Below, one piece after another: positions 22,978-32,260 of a stretch of 63,935 nucleotides of DNA (position 1 is its first letter; each line of letters begins with the position of its first letter). Source of the DNA: Acidiferrobacterales bacterium (lineage in GTDB: Bacteria > Pseudomonadota > Gammaproteobacteria > Acidiferrobacterales > JAJDNE01); assembly GCA_048060695.1 (NCBI GenBank), contig JBGMQT010000005.1:2731-66665 (forward strand). The letters run 5' to 3'. The notes under the pieces are model-generated. The model made no database searches. It was not told where the DNA came from and saw nothing but the letters and a program-made list of their open reading frames with translations. A program made the translations under genes and the position numbers.

Positions 22978-23150
22978 ACTCCTGAATATTGGCGATTTAT
23001 TATTTCGATAGGCCGGTAGCTGTCTTTGACCTCGCGCTGGACTATGATTACGCTAACGCCAAAGCAGATTAAACCGGGGCCGTCCATCCGACCCGGAATC
23101 GTCGTGAACGCACGACGTTTGGAAAGAAGCAATAATAAAGAGAAGTCATA

Positions 23151-23876
23151 ATGATTAAATCAGGAACCACCCTGTCCGTTGCCGCCATTTCCCTCATTGG
23201 TAGCGCAGTTGCGCTGGCCGTGATGGGTTTAATGTCACTGGTGCCATTGACCATTACCACTATTGCCTATGGGTCGATACTGACCGCAGTCAGCGTCGCC
23301 ATTATCATCGCGGTGCTGGCGGCAGCTGGATACGGCGCGCACCCGCAGCAACAAGCCAGCGATACCCCTGCGTTAACGAAAGCGGATTTCTCCGTTACCG
23401 ATCCACTAACGCGCACGCCGAATCGCCGCGGTATTACTATCAGTATTATGGATGCCATGGCCTTGGGCGAACGCTATGGGAATCCGTTGTCCATCGCCAA
23501 GCTCGATCTCGACCATCTCGATAAAATAAATGAGAAATTTGGCAAACTAACCGGTGATCGTATACTTGCCGGTGTGGCAGCTGTGATTACAGATGCGTTG
23601 CGCATGCCAGACAAGACCGGACGTTATGCTGATGATGAATTTATACTGGTTATGCCGCAAACAGAAATAGGTGACGCCTGCAAGATCACTGATCGAGTAC
23701 ACAGTCTGATTTCGGAGCAGGAATTTGATACAGACGGTAGTACTTCCAGTATTACTACCAGCGCGGGTGTAACTGAATACAAACAAGGTGATGATCTGGA
23801 AAGTCTTTTGTCACGAGTGCAAAAGGGTGTTGATGCGTCCCGAAGCGCAGGCCGCAATCGCGTTACCCGCGTTTAA
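23151..23876 (+). CDS. membrane-anchored degenerate GGDEF-domain protein (ADDEF, I-site RMPD retained)
   Basis: Two N-terminal TM segments, then DPLTRTPNRR...LDLDHLDKIN. ADDEF (23628-23642) replaces GGDEF. RMPD (23601-23612) lies exactly 5 residues upstream. Confidence 0.85.
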   Translation: MIKSGTTLSVAAISLIGSAVALAVMGLMSLVPLTITTIAYGSILTAVSVAIIIAVLAAAGYGAHPQQQASDTPALTKADFSVTDPLTRTPNRRGITISIMDAMALGERYGNPLSIAKLDLDHLDKINEKFGKLTGDRILAGVAAVITDALRMPDKTGRYADDEFILVMPQTEIGDACKITDRVHSLISEQEFDTDGSTSSITTSAGVTEYKQGDDLESLLSRVQKGVDASRSAGRNRVTRV

Positions 23877-23890
23877 TCCTGTCATCCAGA

Positions 23891-24424
23891 ATGAGCCCCT
23901 TCCTGACGCGCCTGAAGTCCTGGGCGAGTGCAATCGATCGTTTCAGTACCGGTGTCGGCCATCTAATGGCGTGGGTTGTCGTACTGATGACCGCAATCAT
24001 TGTTTACGATGTCAGCATGCGCTTTCTGTTTCAGATGGGTTCGGTACTGATACAGGAGCTGGAGTGGCACCTGTTCGGTATCATCTTTCTGCTTGGTGCG
24101 GCCTATACTTATCGCGAAGACGGTCATGTTCGAATCGAATTATTTTATCAGAAACTCTCGAAGAGCCAGCAGGCCAGAATCAATCTTTTCGGCAACCTGT
24201 TCATTCTGCTCCCCGTTTGCCTGCTGGTGATATGGACTTCAATTCCTTTTGTGAGTAATTCTTTTGCTTACTCTGAAGTCTCACCCGATCCGGGTGGTCT
24301 GCCTTATCGCTGGATGATCAAGTTTGCGATTCCCGCCGGATTTTTTCTATTGTTATTGCAGGGACTCGCCGACAGTGTCAGGCAACTGCTGATCCTGAAA
24401 GGCGAACAAACGGAACCTCGTTAG
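23891..24424 (+). CDS. TRAP transporter small permease (DctQ family)
   Basis: 177-aa four-TM protein directly upstream of, and overlapping by 1 nt, the DctM-like gene. Confidence 0.85.
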   Translation: MSPFLTRLKSWASAIDRFSTGVGHLMAWVVVLMTAIIVYDVSMRFLFQMGSVLIQELEWHLFGIIFLLGAAYTYREDGHVRIELFYQKLSKSQQARINLFGNLFILLPVCLLVIWTSIPFVSNSFAYSEVSPDPGGLPYRWMIKFAIPAGFFLLLLQGLADSVRQLLILKGEQTEPR

Positions 24425-25752
24425 TGGAAGTTTTGGCTCTCATTATGTTCGCCGCGCTGGTGGCGATGTTGCTACTGGGGTTTCCCGTCGCCTTCACACT
24501 GGGCGCGGTAGCAATAATTTTTGGTTTGCCGACGCTGGGCCTTGAATTTTTTGATCTACTGCCGCTACGAATCTGGGGCATCGTTAAAAATTTTACTCTT
24601 CTCGCCGTTCCATTGTTTATTTTTATGGGCGTGGTGTTGCAAAAATCCGGCGTTGCTGAAGACTTACTTGAGACAATGGCACTGTTGTTTGGCCGGATTC
24701 GCGGTGGCCTGACAATTTCTATCGTGGTGGTCGGTGGTCTGTTGGCCGCGACCACCGGTGTGGTTGGCGCAACGGTAGTGACCATGGCGGTGATCGCGTT
24801 ACCTGCAATGCTGAAACATGGATACAAACCGGAGTTATCGAGCGGTGTGATTGCAGCCTCCGGCACACTGGGCCAGTTGATCCCGCCCAGCATCGTGCTG
24901 GTATTGCTGGGCGACGTGGTCGGTGTTCCGGTCGGCAGATTGTTTGCTGGCGCAGTTGTGCCCGGGTTGTTATTGATTGGTGGGTTCATTATCTATATCG
25001 CCGTTTATGCGGCAAAGAATCCAGAAGCTGCACCGATGCCCAATGTGTCTTTGATGCGCGGCGATACCGACATCCATTTGGCAATGCGTGTGGTGAAAAG
25101 TCTGTTGCCGCCCTTGTTGTTGATTTTTGCCGTTCTCGGGTCAATCTTTTTTGGTGTTGCCTCGCCGACGGAGTCTGCTGCCTTTGGTGCACTGGGCGCA
25201 CTTATTATCGCCGCCATGCATAAGCATCTGAATAAGGATGACTTGCTGGGCGCGGCACGCAATACCACCCGTCTTACCAGCATGGTGTTTCTGATCCTGG
25301 TGGGCGCCACCGCATTCGGCCTGGTATTCCGTGGGCTTGGAGGAGATATCCTGGTGCAAAGCATCATGACCTCACTACCGGGTGGGCAGTGGGGCTTCCT
25401 CGCTACCAGTATGCTGGTAATATTTGTGCTGGGATTCTTCCTCGATTTTCTTGAAATCAGCTTCATTGTTGTACCCATCCTCGGCCCTATCGCACAGAGT
25501 ATGGGCATCGACCTTCTTTGGTTTACGATATTAATTGCAGTTAACCTGCAGACCTCGTTCCTGACGCCGCCCTTTGGTTTCTCGCTATTTTATTTAAAGG
25601 CCGCCGCGCCCAGGGAAATTAGCATCAGTCATATCTATCGTGGCGTGATACCCTTCATTGCCATTCAGGCGCTGGTGTTGATACTGCTCATAACCTTGCC
25701 ACAAATAATACTATGGCTACCGAACCTGATGGACAGACTGCAGGGTTTCTAG
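24424..25752 (+). CDS. TRAP transporter large permease (DctM family)
   Basis: 442-aa polytopic protein with typical DctM sequence (LPLRIWGI...GTLGQLIPPSIVLV). GTG start. Confidence 0.92.
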   Translation: MEVLALIMFAALVAMLLLGFPVAFTLGAVAIIFGLPTLGLEFFDLLPLRIWGIVKNFTLLAVPLFIFMGVVLQKSGVAEDLLETMALLFGRIRGGLTISIVVVGGLLAATTGVVGATVVTMAVIALPAMLKHGYKPELSSGVIAASGTLGQLIPPSIVLVLLGDVVGVPVGRLFAGAVVPGLLLIGGFIIYIAVYAAKNPEAAPMPNVSLMRGDTDIHLAMRVVKSLLPPLLLIFAVLGSIFFGVASPTESAAFGALGALIIAAMHKHLNKDDLLGAARNTTRLTSMVFLILVGATAFGLVFRGLGGDILVQSIMTSLPGGQWGFLATSMLVIFVLGFFLDFLEISFIVVPILGPIAQSMGIDLLWFTILIAVNLQTSFLTPPFGFSLFYLKAAAPREISISHIYRGVIPFIAIQALVLILLITLPQIILWLPNLMDRLQGF

Positions 25753-25806
25753 CTTGTTAAACCGGGATTCTTCGAAGTAAATAACTTGATTGACAGGGAG
25801 TAAACC

Positions 25807-26694
25807 ATGAAGCAATCAGTTGGTTCAGGATTGATTAAACTCGTAATTGTTGCACTCGCTCTGGCAGGACTTTCAGGTTGTGCCAGTCCACAAACCCGAA
25901 CCCTGATACCGGAAGACAGTGGTGATATCGCCATTAAAACCATATTTTTTAAACTCGGGATGAATCGTCCTCTTGGCAGCTATGAAATTAAAGGCAGCTC
26001 GATCATCACGGGAAAAACAACAAAGGTAAGCAAAGGCGAGGCAGCCTTCGCTGGATTTGGTGCGATGGCGGCGCACAGTCGTGGCAAGGAAGCTGCGAAG
26101 AAAATTGTTGGCAAGTACGAGCCCATTTTGAAATACGATCTGGTTAGCGAGGTAGATTCTATCGTCAGGGATGAAGCCAAAAAATGGCGCGGCCGCACCC
26201 GGTTCAGCGCCACAATTTCAGCAGTTGACAACAGGGTAGTAGAGCTGGAGCCCTGGGTTTATCTCGGTGCCAGTAATGATGGAAAAACTGGCCGTGTCGG
26301 GGTTTATTTGCGCGCCTTCCTGAAGGATAAAAGCGGAAAGAAAATCTGGCGTGGCGGTTATAATTACCAGTCTCCCGTGAAACGTCCGTTTGAGGGCGCG
26401 AATGGCTGGTTTGCAAATAACGGTCGAAATCTGAAAAGAACTATTCGCCGTGGGTACCGTACGGTTGCGGGCGTGATGATGAAGGACAGCCAGGGCGCCA
26501 GGGCCGGTTGGGGAAGTGAAGCTGTAAAGATGCGGGTGGCCATCCCGGGTGGGCAAGCCCTTGCCAAGCTGGATGCAGTTATTCTGAAACGCTCTGGTAG
26601 CATGATTGTATACATGCCCAAGGTTTCCAAAGGCGCTTTTATCTATGGGATTAACGTAGTGCCAGAAAACGAAGTTGAAATAATTGGTAAATAG
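25807..26694 (+). CDS. lipoprotein of unknown function
   Basis: Lipobox LAGLSGC|A. 295-aa Lys/Gly-rich mature protein with no family I recognise. Confidence 0.6.
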   Translation: MKQSVGSGLIKLVIVALALAGLSGCASPQTRTLIPEDSGDIAIKTIFFKLGMNRPLGSYEIKGSSIITGKTTKVSKGEAAFAGFGAMAAHSRGKEAAKKIVGKYEPILKYDLVSEVDSIVRDEAKKWRGRTRFSATISAVDNRVVELEPWVYLGASNDGKTGRVGVYLRAFLKDKSGKKIWRGGYNYQSPVKRPFEGANGWFANNGRNLKRTIRRGYRTVAGVMMKDSQGARAGWGSEAVKMRVAIPGGQALAKLDAVILKRSGSMIVYMPKVSKGAFIYGINVVPENEVEIIGK

Positions 26695-26716
26695 TACATT
26701 GATAAGCAAACTTTAG

Positions 26717-26744
26717 CGGCCCGCATCGCGGGCCGTTTTCTTTT
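26717..26744 (+). terminator. rho-independent terminator
   Basis: cggcccgc-atc-gcgggccg stem-loop followed by ttttctttt. Confidence 0.7.
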
Positions 26745-26807
26745 CACTACATAAGAAAACGAATGTCGACATTGTAGAAATCTAAAACATGTTAGTAGAA
26801 AATAATT

Positions 26808-27134
26808 ATGTTTGAGTTTCGTCCGCTGATGCACATTTTTCTGCATTTTGCTGTGCCGGGGGTGGTGGCTCGGCTGGGTTTCAAGGCCACGTGGAAGAAG
26901 GCCTGGCTGATAATGGCAGCGACCATCCTGGTCGATCTGGATCACGTGCTGGCGAATCCATTGTTCGACCCTAACCGATGCAGTATCGGTTTTCATCCGC
27001 TGCATACCTACTACGCCATTGGTGTTTATGTCGTTATGGCGCTGATGCCGAAATCACGTCTTATTGGCATTGGTTTATTGATCCATATGGCGTTGGATGC
27101 CACTGATTGTTTCTCGATAGGCGCGTTTAGCTGA
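26808..27134 (+). CDS. small membrane protein (DUF6122 / LexA-regulated hydrolase-like)
   Basis: 108 aa: HIFLHFAVPG...DLDHVLANP...HPLH, with hydrophobic segments. Family assignment is from memory only. Confidence 0.5.
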   Translation: MFEFRPLMHIFLHFAVPGVVARLGFKATWKKAWLIMAATILVDLDHVLANPLFDPNRCSIGFHPLHTYYAIGVYVVMALMPKSRLIGIGLLIHMALDATDCFSIGAFS

Positions 27135-27212
27135 ACTTCGTTGCACGTTGCTATGTCGAGAAGAAAATTTCCATTAGAGTAAGTGCTTACTCACCCACAT
27201 GGAGAACAGGTT

Positions 27213-27707
27213 ATGCAACTTGATGGTTCCTGTTATTGCGGAGAGGTCAAATTTACCTGCGTCTCGCGTACACCCTATCCCTATATGCGTTGCTATTGCT
27301 CGATCTGTCGCAAGACGGCGGGTGGCGGTGGTTACGCCATCAACATCATGGCGTTATACGATAGTTTGAAGATCGAAGGCGAGGAACACATCAATTCTTT
27401 CCATCCCAAACAGGAACATCCTGACAATCCGGATAAACTGGTCGAAAGTCGCGGCAAGCGTTACTTCTGCAAACACTGCGGCACCGCGCTTTGGGCTTAT
27501 GATGAGCGCTGGGCCGAATGGATATATCTGCACGCATCGTGTATCGATACAGCCCTGCCCAAGGTGCCGGAAACAACGCACATTATGCTGGAATTCAAGG
27601 CAACATGGTGCGAGACCGAGATCGGGGAAAACGATAAACAGTTCAGCCGTTATCCAGAAGAATCTATCGCCGACTGGCACCAAAGATTGAAATTGACTGA
27701 GGAATAA
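27213..27707 (+). CDS. GFA-family (CENP-V/glutathione-dependent formaldehyde-activating-like) zinc protein
   Basis: Cysteine pattern GSCYCGEV...CYCSICRK...CKHCG. GGAGAA RBS before ATG 27213. Confidence 0.8.
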   Translation: MQLDGSCYCGEVKFTCVSRTPYPYMRCYCSICRKTAGGGGYAINIMALYDSLKIEGEEHINSFHPKQEHPDNPDKLVESRGKRYFCKHCGTALWAYDERWAEWIYLHASCIDTALPKVPETTHIMLEFKATWCETEIGENDKQFSRYPEESIADWHQRLKLTEE

Positions 27708-27715
27708 AAAGAAAA

Positions 27716-28321
27716 ATGCAACCGCAAGATATACTTGAATACTGGTTTGGCGATGCGGCGAACTCAAAGGCCGAAGACCTGAAGGACTATTTCCAGCGCT
27801 GGTTCCAGGGTAGCAAAGAACTTGATAAAGAAATTGAATCCAGGTTTGGAAAAGCTGTAAAGCAGGCCGTGGCTGACGACCTCGCGACGTGGAAAAACAC
27901 TGCCGAAGGCAAACTGGCGCTAATCATTCTGCTGGACCAGTTCACGCGCAATGTCTATCGTGGCACCGACAAGGCGTTCGCATATGATGTCAAAGCCTTA
28001 AGACTTTGTCAGAATCTAATCGAGTCCGGTGCTGACAAAGACCTGTCGTGGGCCGAGCGCGGTTTTACCTACATGCCGATGCAGCACACGGAAGACGCCA
28101 CAGTACAACAGCAGGGCATCAAGGCTTATATTGGACTGGTAGAAGACACACCAGACGATTTAAAGAAGGTCGTCACAGGCTTCTTGTTGTCAGCGCGTGA
28201 ACACAAATCCATTGTTGACAAATTCGGTCGCTTCCCGCATCGCAACAAAGTGATGGAGCGTGAAAGTACCGACGAAGAACTCATCTATTTGGCAACTGGA
28301 GCGAAGTCCTTTGGACAGTAA
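27716..28321 (+). CDS. DUF924-family protein
   Basis: YWFGD...RWFQGSKELDKEI..RFG...LILLDQFTRNVYRG...FGRFPHRN pattern. 201 aa. Confidence 0.8.
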   Translation: MQPQDILEYWFGDAANSKAEDLKDYFQRWFQGSKELDKEIESRFGKAVKQAVADDLATWKNTAEGKLALIILLDQFTRNVYRGTDKAFAYDVKALRLCQNLIESGADKDLSWAERGFTYMPMQHTEDATVQQQGIKAYIGLVEDTPDDLKKVVTGFLLSAREHKSIVDKFGRFPHRNKVMERESTDEELIYLATGAKSFGQ

Positions 28322-28365
28322 TAGTAAAAAAGGTCTACGATCTTTAATTTTTTAGGATCCCGTTT

Positions 28366-29259
28366 ATGAAAAAGCTGATTTTGCCTGTCATGTTTCTTTT
28401 GATGATACCAACGCCCTTATTGGCGGTGTCGGTGCCTGCGGTCGTCAGTCCGCAATGGCTGATCAAGAACCTGGAACAACCGGGTCTCAGGATAATCGAG
28501 ATATCCGAACAAAGTTCTTATATTTTCGATGGTCACATCCCCGGGAGCGTGTACGCAACCAAGAGCGACTGGCGATACGTCGCCGATGACAAGGCCCTGG
28601 TCCATTTTGCCCCACGCACGCTGCAGAAAATTATTCGTCGTCTCGGCGTGAATGAGGGCGACGGGGTTGTGATCTATTACAAAGGCCAAAATACGGATGA
28701 AATTCTCGGCGCCTTCTACCTGTATTGGTTGTTTCATCTACTGGGACAGACCAATGTCGGAATCCTGGACGAAGGCTGGCATGGCTGGTTGAAAGCCCGC
28801 GGGCCGGTCGGTGGGTCGCTGCCGGAGACCGCAACCGGCAATTTCGTTGCCCGCCCGCTTCTGGCACTTGAGGTGTCGACAACCGAGTTGAACAGCATAC
28901 GAGGGTCTTATCTACTCGTAGATGGCCGGCCCGCCACCCACTTTATGGGTACGGACAAGTTTCCGGCGAACACGAAGTATGGCCGCATTCCCGGCAGTGT
29001 GAACCAGCCATGGGCGGACTATATACGCGAAGCCAATGGCCACGTGTACGCGAAAGCCCCCAGGATACCGCCACTGTTGAAGCGGCTGAAAATTAAACCG
29101 GATCAGCCCATTCTACTAACCTGTTTCGGCGGCACGGGTTCGGCGTTCAACTATGCGATGTTTTATGCTGCTGGTTTTAGAAACTTGCGCGTGGACGATG
29201 CAGCACTGAGACGCTGGAACTGGCGCAATCTCCCCCTGGAGAACCCTGCTAAACGATAA
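28366..29259 (+). CDS. periplasmic tandem-rhodanese sulfurtransferase
   Basis: Signal peptide, two rhodanese-like halves, candidate active-site loop TCFGGTGSA. Confidence 0.72.
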   Translation: MKKLILPVMFLLMIPTPLLAVSVPAVVSPQWLIKNLEQPGLRIIEISEQSSYIFDGHIPGSVYATKSDWRYVADDKALVHFAPRTLQKIIRRLGVNEGDGVVIYYKGQNTDEILGAFYLYWLFHLLGQTNVGILDEGWHGWLKARGPVGGSLPETATGNFVARPLLALEVSTTELNSIRGSYLLVDGRPATHFMGTDKFPANTKYGRIPGSVNQPWADYIREANGHVYAKAPRIPPLLKRLKIKPDQPILLTCFGGTGSAFNYAMFYAAGFRNLRVDDAALRRWNWRNLPLENPAKR

Positions 29260-29500
29260 AGTGCTGGGCCAGATCCATTTTATTTCTAGAGCTATTGAGC
29301 ACGAATACAGAACTGACCCGATTGACGGCCATCGTCTGATCATTCGGGTGTTAATCCTTAATTAAATCAGGGCTACCTGGTACTCAAACTAGGATTTTTA
29401 AGAAGCATGCGATAGGCTATCGAAATTGGTAACACCAAAGTCAGCGTTCGGTTGTAACAATGAATCAAGGAACGGAATCAAAAACAAACAGGAGGGATCA

Positions 29501-31570
29501 ATGAATCTTTTTCGAACCGCTTTAATGGCTCTGGTTACCGCGACCATGGTTTTTTATGGAGGCACGGCATTTTCGGGTGCCAAGTCCGCCAATGAACACC
29601 CTGGCCAGAAGAGCAAAGGCCCGAGCAAATTTACCATCGCCAAACAGGAAGCACTTAGACGATCCTTACCATTTTCGGACAAGCGCGATTTCAAGGAACA
29701 GAAAAAAGGTTTTATAGCTGCGCCTGAATATAAACAAATCAAGGCTGAGGCCGGCAATGTAGCGTGGGATATGGGCAGTTACGATTGGCTGTTGCAAGGA
29801 AAAGATTTTGACAGCATTCATCCGTCACTTCAGCGTCAGGCTATTTTGAATATGAACTATGGCCTTTACGAGGTCATCCCTGGCATATACCAGGTGCGTG
29901 GTTTTGACCTGGCGAATATCTCTTTCATCAAAGGTAAAACAGGCTGGATCGTATTTGACCCGTTGACGGCCAAAGAAACGGCCGCCGCGGCACTGAAGTT
30001 CATCAATGAAAAACTCGGCAAACGACCGGTGGTTGCGGTGGTTTATTCTCACTCCCATGCCGATCACTTCGGTGGTGTACGAGGCGTTGTCAGTCTTGCG
30101 GATGTCAATAGCGGAAAAGTCAAGATTATCGCACCGGTTGGTTTTATGGAAAATGCAGTTGCAGAAAATATCTATGCCGGTAATGCCATGAACCGTCGCC
30201 TGTTCTATCAGTATGGCGTGTTATTACCCCGGGGTCCGTTCGGCCATGTCGATCAATCTATTGGCAAAAACGTGGCGGCAGGTAATTCCGGTCTTATTGC
30301 ACCCACAGTAATCATTAAAAAAGACATCGAAAAAATGACCATTGATGGTGTCAAAATGGTATTCCAGAATACGCCGGGCACCGAAGCGCCGGCTGAAATG
30401 AATACCTATTTTCCTGATCTGAAGGCGTTCTGGGCGGCAGAGAATATCACGGGCACTATCCACAATATATACACCCTGCGCGGTGCGCTGGTACGCGATG
30501 CCCTGGAATGGTCCAAGCAAATCAACAAGGCACTCTATCTGTTTGGGCGTGATGCAAAGGTGATGTTTGCGTCCCATAGCTGGCCGCGCTGGGGTAACGA
30601 TCGGATACAGGAAGTCATGCGGGCGCAGCGTGATACCTATGCCAACCTGAATAATGGCGTGCTGCATCTGGCCAACCAGGGCGTTACGATTAACCAGATC
30701 CACAATCAGTACAAAGTACCCAACAGCCTGCAGCAACAATGGGCTGCGCGCAGTTACCACGGTTCCGTCGAGCACAATAGCCGCGCCGTGATTAACCGCT
30801 ACCTTGGGTATTGGGATGTCAACCCAACGACACTGATTCCATTGTCACCTGAAGACTCAGCACCACTATATGTAGAAATGATGGGCGGCTCGAATAAAAT
30901 TTTGCGCAAGGGCAGATCACTTTATAAAAAAGGTAAGTACAGCCTGGCACAGGAGATATTAAATAAACTGGTTTATGCACAGCCAAAAAATCAGAAAGCC
31001 AAAGATCTTCTGGCCGATGTGTTCGAGCAACTTGGCTACCAACAGGAGAGCCCCAGTGTTCGTAACAGTTTTCTGGCAGGTGCTTTTGAATTGCGTTCAG
31101 GTATTCCGTCAGGTGCCTCACCAAAGACAGCCGGACCCGATATGATTCAGGCCATGAGCACTGAGTTGTTTCTGGACTTCCTCGCCATAAGACTGGATAG
31201 CAACAAGGCTGATGGTAAACAGTTTAAAATCAACCTGAATACGCCGGATAATAAAGAAAAATTTGTAATCGAATTGAGCAATGCAACCCTTACAAATATC
31301 GAAGGTTATCAGGCGAAAGATGCCGATCTCACCATCACTATCAACCGCTCTGATCTTGAAAAGACCATGATGGGCGCGGTTAGTCTGGATGATCAAATCA
31401 AATCTGGCAAAGCAAAACTCAAGGGAAATAAAAAAGTGCTTGAGCAGTTAAAAACCATGCTGGTGCAATTTGATGTGGGATTCGAAATAATGCCGGGTAC
31501 CGGTGCCAGAGACCTGACACCTGAGAAAAAACCTTTTGAACAGGAGTCGCAAGCAGTTGCTGGCACCTAG
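29501..31570 (+). CDS. alkyl/aryl-sulfatase, metallo-beta-lactamase fold (SdsA1/BDS1 type)
   Basis: GGAGGG RBS and ATG 29501, signal peptide, MBL motif YSHSHADHFGG, C-terminal SCP2-like domain. Confidence 0.88.
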   Translation: MNLFRTALMALVTATMVFYGGTAFSGAKSANEHPGQKSKGPSKFTIAKQEALRRSLPFSDKRDFKEQKKGFIAAPEYKQIKAEAGNVAWDMGSYDWLLQGKDFDSIHPSLQRQAILNMNYGLYEVIPGIYQVRGFDLANISFIKGKTGWIVFDPLTAKETAAAALKFINEKLGKRPVVAVVYSHSHADHFGGVRGVVSLADVNSGKVKIIAPVGFMENAVAENIYAGNAMNRRLFYQYGVLLPRGPFGHVDQSIGKNVAAGNSGLIAPTVIIKKDIEKMTIDGVKMVFQNTPGTEAPAEMNTYFPDLKAFWAAENITGTIHNIYTLRGALVRDALEWSKQINKALYLFGRDAKVMFASHSWPRWGNDRIQEVMRAQRDTYANLNNGVLHLANQGVTINQIHNQYKVPNSLQQQWAARSYHGSVEHNSRAVINRYLGYWDVNPTTLIPLSPEDSAPLYVEMMGGSNKILRKGRSLYKKGKYSLAQEILNKLVYAQPKNQKAKDLLADVFEQLGYQQESPSVRNSFLAGAFELRSGIPSGASPKTAGPDMIQAMSTELFLDFLAIRLDSNKADGKQFKINLNTPDNKEKFVIELSNATLTNIEGYQAKDADLTITINRSDLEKTMMGAVSLDDQIKSGKAKLKGNKKVLEQLKTMLVQFDVGFEIMPGTGARDLTPEKKPFEQESQAVAGT

Positions 31571-31651
31571 CCGATCATTTTATACACCGGCCCAGGTATT
31601 CAGGTCGGTGTATTTGATGCCGGTAATTCACATATGCATATAGGACGTCAA

Positions 31652-32062
31652 ATGAACAACAGATTAATAGTTTCATGGGCGGCAATGCTATTTTTGCTCA
31701 CAAGTGGTTATGTTTATCCCGCATTGGCAGCGGAGGTGCCGCAAGCCAAGCCGGACAAGGGGTTGGTAGTATTTTACCGACTGGACAAATTGGCCGGCAG
31801 TGCGATCCGATTTAATCTTAATCACACTTCCGGTCCTATGGGGCAGTTATTGCGCGGAACCATGATCCACAAATACTTTGAACCCGGCGAACATCAGTTC
31901 TGGTCCCAGGTAATTTCCAAAGACTCTATCACCCTGAAGGTCGAGGCAGGCCAAATTTATTTCATCCGGGGTGAAACGAAAATGGGCGTATTCGCTGGCA
32001 GACCGCAATTCACCAGGGTGCCGGAATCCCAGGCTAAAGCAGATCTGGCGAATCTGAAATAA
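31652..32062 (+). CDS. secreted DUF2846-like protein
   Basis: Signal peptide. GLVVFYR...GEHQFW...GQIYFIRGE resembles DUF2846, from memory. ATG 31634 is an alternative start. Confidence 0.5.
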   Translation: MNNRLIVSWAAMLFLLTSGYVYPALAAEVPQAKPDKGLVVFYRLDKLAGSAIRFNLNHTSGPMGQLLRGTMIHKYFEPGEHQFWSQVISKDSITLKVEAGQIYFIRGETKMGVFAGRPQFTRVPESQAKADLANLK

Positions 32063-32260
32063 GGCGACATCACTATTTTATTGATCGTGACAGAGATTGT
32101 TTCAGCTTATAGCGCCACATTTACAAGAGTTAAGGTATGGATCAGGCAGAGAGCGACCCCCGGAATTTAACGGGTGTACGGGTGAAATAGAAAATACCAA
32201 ACTTCATGCCGACTTTATCAATGACACTTTGATGAAGCGCTGGCTGAAAGAAAGCACTCG

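Noticed and set aside
24378-24989. 203-aa ORF antisense to dctM
   Set aside because: It is a shadow ORF. Its Pro/Thr/Asn-rich sequence mirrors a hydrophobic membrane gene.
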